A stretch of DNA of 64,000 nt from the human T2T-CHM13v2.0 reference genome, Homo sapiens, in NCBI RefSeq assembly GCF_009914755.1, contig NC_060935.1; one strand, given 5' to 3'. Below the pieces are notes generated by a model that saw only the letters and a list, made by a program, of their open reading frames with translations, was not told the DNA's origin and made no database searches. This document shows, in pieces, positions 40,361 through 56,310 of the stretch (positions are counted from its first letter, which is position 1; every line of letters begins with the position of its first letter). A program made the translations under genes and the position numbers.

Positions 40361-41479
40361 TCTCAGCCCCAGCGGCTTTTCTCAATGACTGCTGCCCTGG
40401 CCCCGCCCACTCCATCAGCATCTGTGGGCGTGGGGTTCTTTTTGCAGCGCCCCAGAGATTCAGAGAACCCCTGACTTCGCTCCTGCTCTCTTTTCCTCAA
40501 TCTGCCAATGCTCATCTCATGAATATTTCATCTTTAAAGCAGACAGAATAGAGCAAAGCTCCAACAAAGCAAAACCTAAGCCAACGCGGTAGTTCTCAAA
40601 ATTCTGTGGTTTTACAAACGTGGCCTGAAATTAGCTTATTTTTAAGCCGAAGGAAAATGAAGCCCATGTTAATCGCAGACCTCCCAAGTGTCCTGGCTGG
40701 AGACAGAAGTTCTCCCTGGGTGGGTACTGTCAGGCTGTCGGTTAGTGGCATCCAGGGCCCCCCAGACCAGCAGGATGCAGAGGAAATGAGAAGGAATGTC
40801 AGTGGTGGGGGCGCCTCTTTTGAGTCTGTATTCTGGAGTTGGTGGGCAGCTGGTCTGAGGGCCATGGTGAGAGTCTTCCACCAGGGTTTTTGTGGTGCCA
40901 AGTGTCCGGGTGCTTGGAGACCACCCCAGGGTGCTGCCCCTCCAGTCTAAGCCCAGCCACTGGATGACAGGGCTGATGGTCCAGTACAGAGGTGCACAGA
41001 CCCCAGGCCCCAGGTCCACAGATCCCACAAGCAGTGGAGGTCATAGCTCCTTCCTCAGTATGAGCCATCTGGATGGCCTAGTGTCTACCTTAGGGCAGGT
41101 GCCCCTGGGTCCTCTCAGGTAAGCCACACTGACCTGGAGAGGCAAGAGGTGAGGGGCATTAAGGCCACCTGGCCCTCTACAGCGGCCACCTGAAATGTGT
41201 GCCCTCATTTCAGCCCGGAGGAGGAGGGAAGCACAGACAGGTGGTGGCCTTGTTAGAGAAGCTCAGAATGGAGGCGGGAGAGATGCTGTCACTTTTCAAA
41301 GTCATGGCTGGTGGCCAGGCCACGTGATGGGAGCACGCTCACCTGCACACCACCATGAGGCCCGGCCATACTGCATTCCACCTGGGCACATCCCTCCCAG
41401 CCACTCAACTCTTTCCTAACCACCCCCTTTCCCTGCCAAGGAGCCTGATCTGAAGGAGCAGGGTGTGACAGGGGAACTC

Positions 41480-41680
41480 ATTGGCTGTGCGACCTGGAAC
41501 AAGTCACTTAACCTCTCTGAGCCTTAGTTTCCTCATGTGGAGGATAGAGCGAAAACCAACCTGCCTTGGAGGGTGGGTCTAAGTTACAACAAATGCAACC
41601 CAAATGATGCATCCTAATGAACACCAGTGATGAAGCACCTGCCACGTGCAGCAGCCACGTACATAACCATCTTTGAGACA
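41480..41680 (+). mobile_element. MIR
   Basis: 'gctgtgcgacctggaacaagtcacttaacctctctgagccttagtttcctcat'. Confidence 0.8.
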
Positions 41681-42432
41681 GGGCCATGGGATGGGAACTC
41701 CCATCCCCATGGGACAGCAGGGGACACGGGCACAGAGGGTTTGCTGGCAGGGGTGGAGCTGCTCCGGGATAACTGTGCTGCCCTGAGGATTGGGTGAGTG
41801 GATGTGGGTGAAGCATCAGGGCCTGGCTCTGCAGGGAAGTGTAGCAGAAGTTGGACGTTCTCATGACTCCCATGCCCTTCTGTGCTCTGAGCTGCTCGGG
41901 ACCAGGCTGGGCTCGCAGTGGTCAGTGAAAGGCCACCTACTGGGGCCAGCCTCATGAAGGGGCTGAGGGCCATGTGCTTTCGGGCCAACAGCACCCACAG
42001 AAAGCACCCTGTGACCTGGACAGCAGCATGCCTGGCTCTGAGCCTGTTGGGCCATATGGATGCCCGATGCATAATGGTCTGCAGCTGACTGCAATAAAGA
42101 GCAGGCAGGCAGAATGCATTTGACAGGAGGGTGTCACCCCTAGAACCACACCCAGGGAGACGGAGAGGCCCAAGCTTCAAGGGAGCACAGCCCCATTGCA
42201 GGCTTACTAGAGAGAGAGGCTCAGCTGTCCTGGGCCTCTGGGCACACTGTGAGTGGATGTGACTCAGCATCAACCACACTATTAAACCGCTTTTTAAAAG
42301 GGTGGAATGTATGAAAGTTAGATGCTGACATGAAATCATACCACATTAAACTGCATGTATTTAATCAGAGCTGTGGGAATCATAGAGCAAAGTTTTCCAT
42401 TGCTCAAACTAACTATCTGATTATTAAGTCAT

Positions 42433-43247
42433 CCATATACCCACCAATCCATCCATCCATCCATCCATCCATCCATCCATCCATCCATCCATCCACCCAC
42501 CCACCCACCCACACATCAAGCCTTCCTTTATCTCTTCCTTCCCCTCTCTCTTTTGTCCATCAATCCATTCACCCACCCACCCATCCACCCATGCATCCAC
42601 ATATCCACCCATCCATCTATCCACTACCCACCCATGCATCCATCCATCCATCCATCCATCCACACATCCATGCATCCATTCACACATCAATCCATCCTTT
42701 ATCCCTCCCTCCTCCTTCTATCCATCTATACATTCACCCACTCACCCACCCATCCATCCACATACCTACCCACACATCCATCCATCCATCCATCCACGCA
42801 CCCATCCATCCACCCACCCATACATCCACACATGCATCTATCATCCATCCATCCATTCACACATCAATCGATCCTTTATCCCTCCCTCCCCTCTCTCTTC
42901 TATCCATCTATCCATTCACCCACCCATCCACCCACCCATCCATCCACCTATCTACCCACACACTGATCCATCTACCCATGCATCCACATATCCATCCATC
43001 CATCCATCTACCCACCCACCCATGCATCCATTCACATATCCACCCACCCACTCATGCATCCACACGTGCATCTATCCATCCACACTTGCATCAATCCATC
43101 CATCATCCATCCATCCATCTACCCACTCACCCATCCATTCACACATCTGTCCATCCACTCACACATCCATCCATCCACTCACACATCCATCTGTGCTTTA
43201 TCCCTGCCTCCTCTCTTCCATCCATCCATCCATCCATCCATCCATCC
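42433..43247. repeat. Large (CCAT)n/(CCAC)n array with higher-order structure
   Basis: Direct read; marker 'cacacatcaatc.atcctttatccctccctcc' recurs. Confidence 0.95.
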
Positions 43248-43380
43248 AGTTGGTCACATATTTATTAGCACCTGTTTTATGCCAAGTTCTATGCAGGGCA
43301 GGCACTGATGAATCAGAGAGGGTGTTACATATGGCCCCTCTCCCAACAGATTCTTAGGCCTGGAGGGAAGTAATCCATTA
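43248..43380 (-). mobile_element. L2 3' end adjoining the CCAT array
   Basis: 'acatatttattagcacctgttttatgccaag' resembles the reverse L2 terminus (tatttattgagcacctactatgtgccagg). Confidence 0.65.
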
Positions 43381-43519
43381 ATGAAAGACAAGCCACTGAA
43401 CAACAGCCCAAGGGAAGAAGACTACACCAGTTCTGTTTTGATCGGGGAGAGAAGTGTCAGGGCAGGAAGTGGGGAGGTGCAGAACTGAGGTGGAAGGGAA
43501 GAGGGAGTTGGGCCTGCCT

Positions 43520-44012
43520 TCCATCCATTTCCTGTTTCCTGGGGAAACATTATAGCCCACGTCTGTGTGCCAGTCTTTGTGACCCAAGTGGCATGGCTGG
43601 CCGCCTCCAAAGATATGCATGCAATTCAGGTCTGGTCAAAGGGTTCATCCAACTCCCTTGGCCAGCATGATTGGGTCAGGGATGGGCAGTGATTCAAATC
43701 AGTCCAGTGAAATTAGATCCTGAACCTTCTTTTACAATGACTGGGAAAGAGGCAGTCTTGCTCTTATGTGACTACTAAAACAGCAGAATGCTAGCCTGGT
43801 GCTGCCGGTGACCACCTCTGAATGGCATGGGGGAGTTCATACAGACAACACCAGAGAAAAGAGAATGAGAGCTTCTTAAGGCTCCCTAAGCACCTGGATC
43901 CAGCCAGGACTGAAGCTGTTATTCCTAAACTTAAAAGCCGTTAAATTTCTGTTTGGTTTCAGCCAGGATAGGCTTGTTTTCTGTCATCTGTAACTAAGTG
44001 TCCTTAATAACA
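43520..44012 (+). mobile_element. Old MaLR LTR (MLT1K/L-like)
   Basis: 'gattgggtcagggatgggca...gcacctggatccagcc...ttttctgtcatctgtaac...ccttaataaca'. Confidence 0.6.
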
Positions 44013-44399
44013 TGGCAGGGTATAGCCTCAGCAAAGAGATCCAGGAGCTCCCAAGAAGCAAGAACTCCCATGAGGCTCTGAAATCCCCTGCGAGAGACCC
44101 AGGGTGGCTGGTGTAACATTAAGTGGGCACAAATGCATCTGGGGCAAGTCCCTCCCCAGCTCAGGCTTCAGTTTCCCCATACATGAAATAAGTTTTGTTT
44201 TCTCACTTAAAGCTTCCCAACACTTTTCTTGAATGACATTTTGTACCTTACATCCTGAACTGCTCTGAAATTGGGAGGAAGTAGAGGACATCTGTACGGG
44301 GTGAGCACCTTGGAAACGGGAAGAAAGCCATTACCTAGGAGGTACTGTGACAGAGGTGGCCAGCTGCCTACTCTAACATCAGTTCTCAACTTACTCATC

Positions 44400-44791
44400 C
44401 ATAGCAGGTTATCTGGAATAAAGCCAACAGCTCAGCCTCCTTTGAGATGATGTTATGGCTGATCATCCATAATTGGAAGCAGAGTGGACAATGTGCATGT
44501 CCTTAAAAGAGGGAATGTTTTCTTGAACCTTTCGCTCTTCCTCTATTGGAACGCAGATACAATGGCTGGAGTCTAAGCAGCCACCTTGAACTGCGAGGCA
44601 GCCTATTAAGGATGTTGGAGCAGCAAGAAAGGCAGAGGCCAGGTCCCTGTATGTTTGAAGCCCTCATATCAGCTCTGGACTGCTGCCCTCTGTCTTCTTT
44701 AATATGACAGAGAAATATGCCTCTGTGTCATGTAAGCCATGTTCTTTAGTTGTTTTTCTGTCACATGTGGCTGATGGGACTCTGAATAACA
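44400..44791 (+). mobile_element. Old MaLR LTR (MLT1J-like)
   Basis: 'tggaacgcagatacaatggctggag...gcagccaccttg...gagaaata...taagcca...ttctgtcaca'. Confidence 0.6.
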
Positions 44792-45659
44792 GCACGTCTT
44801 GGATAATCTGGCTGGGAGGAAGGAGAAGTCAGAGGGGAGGAAGGGGTCTCTTCTTTCAAGATATGGATATTTGGATTTTTGTGTTAATTTGAAAGCATCT
44901 TATTTGATGCTTTCGAATTACAGAACATTTCCCTCAAACACCTCCAGGCCCTGGTTTAAGTCACTAAAATAGTTTCCACTCCTAAGCAACCGCATCAGGG
45001 GTTTAATCAAACAATAGAGCAGTGTACGTGGATATCAATGCCCCTCAGAACAGACGGGGCCGGAATGCTCCTTGCTGCTCTAACAGGTAGGCAGGGATTG
45101 CTCCTCGCTTGTTAAAATGTACCTGTCGATTTTCCTCTTGTTTCATAACAACTCCATTTTGTCACTCTAATTTTAGTGGCAATGTTTTTGTTCCAATCAG
45201 CGATCATTTTGGAAAAGTAGGCTGCTGGAAGAGCTCTTGGCATACAAAATGACAAGCAATTTTTAAACGGCATAAGACGGGTGATTTTTAACCACACGGA
45301 ATTCTAAATCTGTTTTGAGCTGGTTAGCGCTCCTTAGAAAATAACTAGCTGTCCGGGAGATGTGATGTCCACTCTGCTAGCTCTGGTGTGGCAGGCCTAC
45401 TGTGTGCCAGGCACGGACACGGGGAGGCATCAGACAGGGTCCCTGCCCCAAGGAGTTGCAGAGTGGGGACACAGATGAGAGAAGTGAAAATGGACATGGG
45501 CGCTGGGCTTTTGAACTGAAGGCTGGCTGTAGAGATGATGTTAGGCCAAGCAGCTGGGAGAGCCTCACCTCTGCCTTCCAGCCCAGGGTCCTGCCCAGCC
45601 CCAGGAGAGGGCCAGGCAGCAGCCAGACTGACCTCATTCTCTGGGCTCAAGATCCCAGA

Positions 45660-46250
45660 ATGTAAGAAAGTTTGGCGGTTTTTCGAAAAGTTAAACACAG
45701 AGTTACCATATGACCCACCAATTCCATTCCCAGGTAGGCACACCCAAAAGAAAAAGAAGGAAAAACAGGTAAGCATATCCTTACATATGGACGTTCACAG
45801 CCGCACCACTCACAGATGCAGCCCGAAGGGTGGGAGCAACCCAAGTGTCCCTCAACAGATGAGCACATAACGAACATGGTCCATACACAAAAGGAAGCAC
45901 TACTCAGCCTTGAAAAGGAGCGACGTACCACCACAACGCCACAATGTGGACGAGCCTTGAGAACATGGCACTGAGTGAAGGATGCCAGTCACAAAGGCCA
46001 TGCTGGAGGATTTCATTGATAGGAAATGCACAGGAAAGGGAATCCGCAGTGATGAGAAGTAGATTAGTGGCTGCCAGGGGTGGGGGGGGCATGAGGAGTG
46101 ACTGCTAATGAATATAGGGTTTCTTTTTGGGGTGATGGAAATGTCCTCAAATTAAAAAGTGACAATTCACAACTCCAGGAGTATCTAAATGCCACAGGAT
46201 TTTGTACTTTAAAATGGTTAATGTCAATTTCGCCTGAATCAAAACACAAA
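45660..46250 (+). mobile_element. L1MB/ME-type 3' end
   Basis: 'aaaagttaaacacagagttaccatatgaccca...caacccaagtgtcc...gtttctttttggggtgatggaaatgt...gtactttaaaatgg'. Confidence 0.85.
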
Positions 46251-47990
46251 AACCTTCCAGAATGGTCTGCTGGGGCTCAGATATGCCAGTGCTCCCTTTC
46301 CCTCTGCTTCTTGCACTCAGATTACCACCAGGGGTCCTCTGGGTCTCCCCTGCCTGACTCTGCAGGGATCCGTGCAGAAAGGCGGGGCAGGGTGCTAGAA
46401 ACAACACCCAGATCCCCTTTAGATCCAAGCTGGCCACTTTCTAGCTGGGGTGGGGGGGCTGAGGATGTTGCTGAATTTCTTGGAGCCTGTTTCCTTCTCT
46501 GTAAAGTGGCGACAGCTGCACATCCTGGGGCCAGGAGTGGCATCAAAGAGACGGTGCAGCATGCAGTGTAGATGTGAGTTCCCTCCCTGCCTGTCTACTG
46601 GGGCAGAGGCCATGTCTGATGGACAGGGTAGTTCTGCCAGTGGCGATTTACTGAGCAGGCCTCTGCACCAGACAGTGAAGTAGTGATGGAGGAAGTCGTG
46701 GACAGGGAGGATAAAGTCCCCAGCATCACCTGAGAGATAGGCAAGAATAGAGCTCCCCAAATCAGCCAAGTAATTCTGGCCACAAGAGTGTCACCACACC
46801 AAGAAAAGGATGAGGTGAGGAATGTGACCCGGAGGCAGTTCAGGGAAGGCCCTTGGAGTGGCGGCACAGTGGGGAGGTGGCCTGGCCCTGTGGGGAAGCT
46901 TGTTGGCAGCAGAGAGAGCTGGGTGCCTGCAGGAGTGAGGGCCGGAAGGAGGGGCCATCTCTAACCACTTTGGCATCTCAGGAGTCTGTGGGGCACACAC
47001 CACAGCCTGCACCCCTGAGTTATTTATCTTGCAAAGGAAGGGAGTAGCCATTTGCAGGAGGTTTTCCAGGCAGGTTTCCCTCATCAGGAGAAACAAGGCT
47101 GGGGGAAGCCTCAGGCCATGGGGAGCCTGGAGATGGAGGGAGGAGGCGGGCAGTGGTGGCTGCAGGGGTGTGAGGGTGAGGCCAAGGACTTGGCTGCTGA
47201 GGCCTTGGCTCTGGCTCCTGGCTTCCAAGGTTCTCACCCTGCACATGGGAAGAGGGGCCAGGTGGGCACCAGTGGCAGTGTCAGGTCCAGAGACCCACTC
47301 CAGGGGGGTGGGGAAGGCAGGTGTCTCCAGCTTTCCCCAAAGGTGTCTGCACAGGTGGCCGAAGCTTCCCAGGCTTTGGTCTCACATCCGCATCTTGGGT
47401 CTGCCTTGTCGGGGTCTGTCCACGCTAGGCCACCACTCTTCCCCAGGTGTAATTCGCTGAGAGGCTTTATTCCCTGGAACGCAGGGCCTGGCATCCTACT
47501 TGTTCTAGTAAGAGGTTGGCGGGGTGAATGAATGGGTGGGTGGGTGGTTGAGTGAATGACTCGCCTGAGAAGTTCCAGTTCCGGTCTCCTTCAGCGGAGC
47601 GAGTGCAGCCCATCATCAGGGCCCGTGCTCCTGGCAGTAAGTAGGGCAGCCCTGCTTCACGTGGTGGCCCCAGGGACGGTGCCCACTGCCCTCCTTTGCT
47701 CGCAGACATGTCCTCGTTTGGATGATAAATGATGCGGTCACCCTGGCACATAGACTCCTTCTAGGAGGATCCAGGAGAAATGCCAGGAGCTTCAGGAACA
47801 ACAAATAGGTCAGGTCGCCACTGGGGTTTTCTATCTGTGCCAGAGCTCAAGGACAGAGCATGTCCCTGAACAACGCTGGAGCTGCAGGGTGACCTGAGCT
47901 TGTGCTCAACAGACGTGATGCATACCTGGTGCACACGGCAGGGGGTGGGGCAGGGGGGCTCTCTGAGCCTTCTGCGAGAGCACATGAAAT

Positions 47991-48229
47991 GGCATGTGCG
48001 TGCATGCACATGTACACATGTGTAAATGTGAGGGTGTACGTGTGCTGAGCACAAGTGAAGCATGTGCAGCATGTGTGTAGTATGTGCATAAGCACACATG
48101 TGCGTGTGTTCTATGTGGGCATGTGTAGGCATGTGTGTGTTCTATGTGGGCATGTGCAGGCATGTGTGTCTGTGTGCAGGCATGCACGTATGTGCACATT
48201 TGCACGTGTGTAGGTGTGTGTGTGTGTAT
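47991..48229. repeat. Degenerate (TG)n/(CATG)n tract
   Basis: Direct read; includes a duplicated gtgtgttctatgtgggcatgtg. Confidence 0.85.
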
Positions 48230-49259
48230 GGGTATCTTTCATCTGCTACTCAATGAGGTCTGTGGCTGCATGTGTTTGTGAGAGAGGCACCAGCCAGCAC
48301 ACCCTGGGTCCTGCAGGTGCTGGAGGCTGAAGGGGGTGGGCATCCATCATCTTCCTCCGCCATCTCCTACCCTATCCCTGGGCCATGGAGGAAGGCCTTA
48401 CGTAACCTTGTGTTGAGCATGTACCTTCCCAGTGGCCCACGGACAGTGTGACCTGGGCCTTCTGGCTCCCTCTGATTCTGGTCGCAAAGCAGCTGAGGGG
48501 AAGATGAATACCCTTCTCAGCTGAGTATGTGGGTCAGATAAAGCTCTGGTCTAGGGGAGAAAGTTCTAGTCTCTGCTGCCGCCCACTTGATGTGTGACTT
48601 GGAGCTCGGCTGTGTCTCCTGCTCTTTGCCTCTGGTGTCCTCCTGGGAATCAGCACCACCAGACCAGCCTGGTCTCTGATAGTAGGAATCTTGTATACAC
48701 AGCAGACTTGGGAAGGCCCCTGAGGGTGACTGGGGTCATGGCCATGGGCCTGTGGTCCTCATGCCTCTGCTCATCTGCCTGGGTGGGAACTTTCTGTGCC
48801 CAGCACTGTAGAGACCAGCTGTCCAGCTGTGTTAACACTGAGGCCCCCAGCTGGCCTGAAAATGCCCACCTGGACAGAAGCCACTGTGCCTGGAGCGGCC
48901 AATGAGCCGGGGTCACCATGTGATGGCTGGGAAGTTACTTAGGCCCAGGGGCCTTCTCTCTAAAACGGGTCCTCAGATGCAATTCTGGCCCTGTTTATCC
49001 AATGGACGGCTCTGGGAAAGGGCTTGGGCACCTTGAGAAGTTGTAACCGTTTACAAATAAAAAGCTCCACAGTGATGATGAAAGTGACACCCATTTCGGT
49101 TCTCTGAGAATCAACTGGAGCATGGGCCTCCTCTCTCCGAGGAAAAGTAACCTTTCCCCCAGGTTCCTGCTCTGGGATCAGTCCCTCTCCGACACACAGA
49201 GTGCTCCAGAAGTTAACAGGCACAGTTAATCTGTGCACAGATCTGCAGGACCCTGGTAG

Positions 49260-49730
<471 letters not shown>

Positions 49731-50452
49731 TGACCAGCACACAGAAGTGGTGGAGGCAGCTGGGTCCCTGGGCGCCTGACCCAGGTGGGGCCCATCCCAG
49801 GGCAGTGGCATCTGGATGGAGATACCCAGTGGCAGCTCATCTTCCTGCATGAGGACTGCAGTGCTGGAACCTTCTGAGCACATTCTCAGGGTTAAAAAGG
49901 TGAAGGGAGCAGCTGGGCTGGGTGGAGTGGGTGGGTATCCATCGGGTCGGACGATGGCTCCAGGGGATCTGGCAGTTTTTGGCAGTTACTTCACAGGACA
50001 GAGGCTCTCACCCAAGCCACCTGGAGGAGGGGCGTGGAGCCGCGCTGGGGGCCCAGCGAGCTTCTGCCTCCACCGGGAGGGGTGACTCTAAGCTCATTCC
50101 AGGAGCAGCTGGGCTGCCGGCCAGCCTGCCCCACTGTGGCCACACACGGCCACTGATGGATTTAGGATTTGGAGGTTCATAAATAATGAACACTTCCTGG
50201 AGCCAAATCCCCGTTCCCAGTTGAGCTGCCAGGACTCCAGAATCTGCCCCTGGTCTGTGCCATCAAGGTGAGGAAGCCAGGAAATCGCAACTGGGCCTGG
50301 GGGTTTTCACCACAAGGTGTCTTTGTTTAAAGGCAGCAAAGCTCTGAGGTCTAAAAGGTGAAGGTCTCTAAGGATGAGGACGGCTCAAGTCAGTGGAACC
50401 CACTGTGTAAGCTGTGAGACCCCGGGCAAAATGACAAAGAGCCCCTTGTTTA

Positions 50453-50848
<396 letters not shown>

Positions 50849-50869
50849 TTATTCCATGCCTCTGAAAGA

Positions 50870-51429
50870 GTGAAGGACAGGCCATCCTCACATATGCCTG
50901 ATTATACTGACTATATCATGTTGAAACATTGGAGAAACTATAGTTTCAGAAAGGGTGAGCTGACCTGTCGCTTCCTACATGCAGCCAGTGATAGAGATGC
51001 CTCTGGAAGGGGTCCCCTCTCTGCACCAGGGCAAGAAAATGGCCCTTGTCACCAGAGGCTGGGCACTGGAGGCTGCAGTGGGCCTGAGTAAACATACATA
51101 ATGGAGTAGCCCTCATCTTCCACTGCTTTACACCACCTGTATATGTCCTAGGGACTCCACTAGAAAATTTACTGTCCTAGCCAGATTTTCTTTGCCCTGT
51201 CGTTTCTTTTCAAATTTATCATTCTTTGTCAAAAAGTACAAAAGCGTCTTGCTTGGGTCACTTCTTTGCATTTCGCTCTCTTGCAGAAGATCCCCATGTA
51301 TATGTAAAACCAATACAATTGGTATGCTATTCTTATTAATCTGCCTGCTGTCAATCTGGTTTCCAGATCCAGCTGAAGAGCCCACTAAGAGCTAAATGGC
51401 AGTTGGAGGTGACCTCTGGCTCCTCTAAT
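50870..51429 (+). mobile_element. ERV1 LTR (MER34/MER92 group-like)
   Basis: 'aaaagtacaaaagc...gatccccatgta...taaaac...tattaatctgcct...tcaat...ccagatccagc'. Confidence 0.55.
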
Positions 51430-52059
51430 CCCCCAGTCTCCGCCCATCCCCAGGGCTGTGGGCAGGTCTTATCTTTACTGAGCTGCCAAGAGCTGAACCA
51501 GAGAGAGGCCTTCTAGAACTTGTAGGAGGAGCTGGGGGTGAGGCAACCACACTACTGGCCTGGATGCCAGTGCACCGCTCAAGAACAGCTACAAGGTGAT
51601 GTCTTGCTGTGCAAAGTAGCTGGGCGAGCGGCTCACAGGGCAGCGTCCTAAAGACAAGAGCAAAGCTTTGAGATGATGAGGCCGTTCCTGAAGCGTTATT
51701 CACAAGAGGGAAACATGCGAACAACTGCAGTATCATAAGTCAGAAGTGGGGGGAACAGGCGACAAATGTCACACATCTGTGACAACTGGAAGAGCCATTA
51801 GCAATGGTGCTTTGGAAGGATCTTTTCAATTCATGACATCTCTTTTCACTTGGAAAAATGCAGATTCATAATCATAGAGAATGAGCTTAATGTTGCTGAA
51901 TATACATTTATGCTCAAAGGACTACAGCCTCAGTGGTGACTATGAACGTGGGATAGACTCAGGAGTGATTTTAATTTTCTTCCTTATACCTTTCTTTATT
52001 TTCCAAATTTGCTACAGGACTAGATATTACTTGTATAATAAAGTATTAGTTTAATAAGT

Positions 52060-53180
<1,121 letters not shown>

Positions 53181-53264
53181 GTTGGTGTCCTGTGTGAATT
53201 CCTTCGGATCACAGAATAATATAAAACTAAACAGGCGAGGGTTAACCGTCAAAATTTGATTTTA

Positions 53265-53560
53265 GGCCAGGTGTGGTGGCTCACACCTGTCACCTCAGCA
53301 CTTTGCAAGGACGAGGTAGGAGGACTGCTTGAGGCCAAGAGTGTAAGACCAGCCTGGGCAAGACAGTGAGACTGTCTCTAAAAAATAAACATTGCTTTTA
53401 GGCTGGGTGTGGTGATGCACACCTATAATCCAACACTTTGGGAGGCTGAAGCGAAAGGATCACTTGAGTCCAGGAGTTTAAGGCTGCAGTGAGCTATGAT
53501 TGCACCACCGCACTCCAGTCTGGGCGACAAAGGCAATCCTGTCTCTTAAAAAGAGAAAAA
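53265..53560 (+). mobile_element. Alu (AluJo/Jr-like)
   Basis: J diagnostics 'ggatcacttgagtccaggagtttaaggctgcagtgagctatgatt'. Confidence 0.9.
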
Positions 53561-53562
53561 AT

Positions 53563-53882
<320 letters not shown>

Positions 53883-55050
53883 TCAATTAACCACTTTGAG
53901 GTATCTGGAGGTTGCGTCTGCTGAAGGTGAGTGTTGACTCTAGACCCACATTTGCAGATGGTGCCCAATCCACCACTCGCGGCCATGTCCTCTTGGCTTC
54001 CTGTTCCAGGTCTCCTAGAAACACGGGTTCCTCCCTGGACCCGGTGCTCCTAAGCCACACAACCTGGCTGTGGACAGGGGGCTACAGAGTGTCATCCAAG
54101 ATGCTCTCCTTGGTTACATGATTTGTTTGAGCAGGAGCCTGCCCTTTACACATCCACTCTACATATGCCTGTCTTAAATTTAATCTGCAAATGTGGAGGT
54201 TTCATCGTTACCAGCACGCGGCCCCCATAAGCCAATGTTTATTCATAATCCCCGAATCTGTTTCCCATCGTCTATTTCAGAGGAGCCAAAAACAACATCT
54301 TCATTCAATAACAGAGCACCATATGACAGCTTTCATTTCCCAGAATGAGCCATGGCATGCTCTGGAGGTTGCAGCGGGGGCAGGGGTGGCCTTTGGCCTC
54401 CATCTTTGCCCCAGCTAGAAGGGGGCTCCCAGCCCTGGCTGACCAGACCCAGACTTGGTGTCCCAGTGCCAAGCAAGAGAACGCAGGTCTGTCCTCACTA
54501 GGTTCCCATCTGACAGATGGCACATCAGTGTTTCCACTGCATGTACTGGGAGCAGCCCATTCCTTCCACCTTTTCAGGGCATGACAACATCAGACTTCTG
54601 GAACACCCAAGAATCCAAGACACTGATGGCATGAGTGAGTGGGGGCAGGTCACCCACCCCTCCCATGTGGATGTCCAAGCCCCAACCCCATTCCTCTGGC
54701 TCCACAGGGGTAGGGCTGAGGCCTGCAAACTGGACTTGGGGGATAGGACAGGCATGCAAAGTCTAAGGCCACAGTGCATCTGGGTTGGCTGAAGGTAACT
54801 GATACCTTAACACTCTCTAGGGGCCAAAGACTCGAAGACAACCTGGCCTGGGATGCCAGTGATGTTGCTGGTATCGCCAAGAGCCTCATGCACGCCTCAC
54901 TGCCTTCCCTGTTGCTCACAAACTCTATGGTTTTAAAGACATCTCATTGGGTAATGTAAAGGTTTACAATAGGAAGGGATGCACAACTTGAATTGTGGTG
55001 AGCTGTGTATGAAAGGTAGAGTGAGTATCTATAAACATCCCCAAGCAAAG

Positions 55051-55938
55051 CCCATCCATCCATCTACCTAGTCACCCATCCTCCCACCTACCCACCTAAC
55101 TGGGTGGGTCTTACTAGATTCCCACCTACTCACCTATTTATCCATCTACTCACCCACTCAGCCACCCATCCATTCACCCATCCATCTATCCTCCCACCTG
55201 TCCATCCCTTAACCACTCATCCATCCATACATTCATCCATGCATCAATCCACACATCCACCCACCCATCCATCCACCCACCCACTCACCCATCCTCCCAT
55301 CTACCCACCTAACTATTCATTTAGACATCCATCCACCCATTGAGATACCTACTAACCCATTTATCCATCTACTCAGCCACCCTTCTGTCCTCCAACCTAC
55401 CCACCTACCCATCCATTCATCTACCACCCACCCACTCATGCATCCATCCATCCATTCACCCACTCATTCACTCACCCATCCTCCCCCACCTACATATGCA
55501 TTTACACATCTGCCCATCCATCCACCCACTCATCCATTTATCCATCCACTCACTCACTCATCCACCCATCCATTTACCCATCCACCTACCCATCCATTCA
55601 CCCATCCATCTATCCTCCCAGCTACCCATCCATTCATCCACTTATCCATCCATCCATCCACTCACCCAGTCATCCATCCACTCACCCACCCATGCATCTA
55701 TCTATCCATTCATCCATCCTTCTACCTACCCATCCATTTATCTGTCCATCCATACACCCATCCACCCACCCATGTATTCATCTACCCATCCACCCACTCA
55801 CCCATTAATCCATCTAACCTCCCACTACTCTTCATCCTTCCAACCCTGCTAGCCCATTCATCCATCTGATCACCCACCCATCCATCCTCCCACCTACCTA
55901 TCCATTCATCCATCCATCCATCCATCCATCCATCCATC
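55051..55938. repeat. Large degenerate (CCAT)n/(CCAC)n array
   Basis: Direct read; purest at the right end. Confidence 0.95.
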
Positions 55939-56050
55939 AGAAGTACTTTCTCAGCCCCTACTCCATGCCAGGCACTGTGTGAGGTGCAGAGAATACTGAT
56001 GTGAGTCAACTGTATCCTCCTGATTCTTGGCTCTCATGGAGGGTAGTAAA
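55939..56050 (-). mobile_element. L2 3' end adjoining the CCAT array
   Basis: 'gcccctactccatgccaggcactgtgtgaggtgcagagaatac'. Confidence 0.65.
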
Positions 56051-56149
56051 CCTTGATCAATTGACCCCACAAACAGGCGTTTACAAATTAATTAACCTCC
56101 AGGTCCTTGCCTTCAGTCCTCTTGGCTTGCACCATTTGCACTTATTAAA

Positions 56150-56310
56150 TCTGCTCCAACACGAGGTTCCTGATCCCAGCTCATCAAACACATCACTGGG
56201 AAAGCTGCTTAAAAATACAGATTCCCAGGTCCCACCCCAGACATTCAGGTTTCATGAGGTGGAGATAGAGCCCTGGCATCCACATTACTTTTCTATAGTC
56301 CAGGTTGAGG
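56150..56310. mobile_element. MER5A-like MITE
   Basis: 'ctgcttaaaaatacagattcccaggtcccaccccaga...gccctggcatc'. Confidence 0.6.

Noticed and set aside
42330-43268. 312-aa His/Pro/Ser/Ile-rich ORF
   Set aside because: Translation of the (CCAT)n array, which lacks stops; the same applies to ORFs at 19475-19905 and 55104-55869.
51571-51606. Possible CTCF site (gctacaaggtgatg)
   Set aside because: Several mismatches at core positions; too weak to call.
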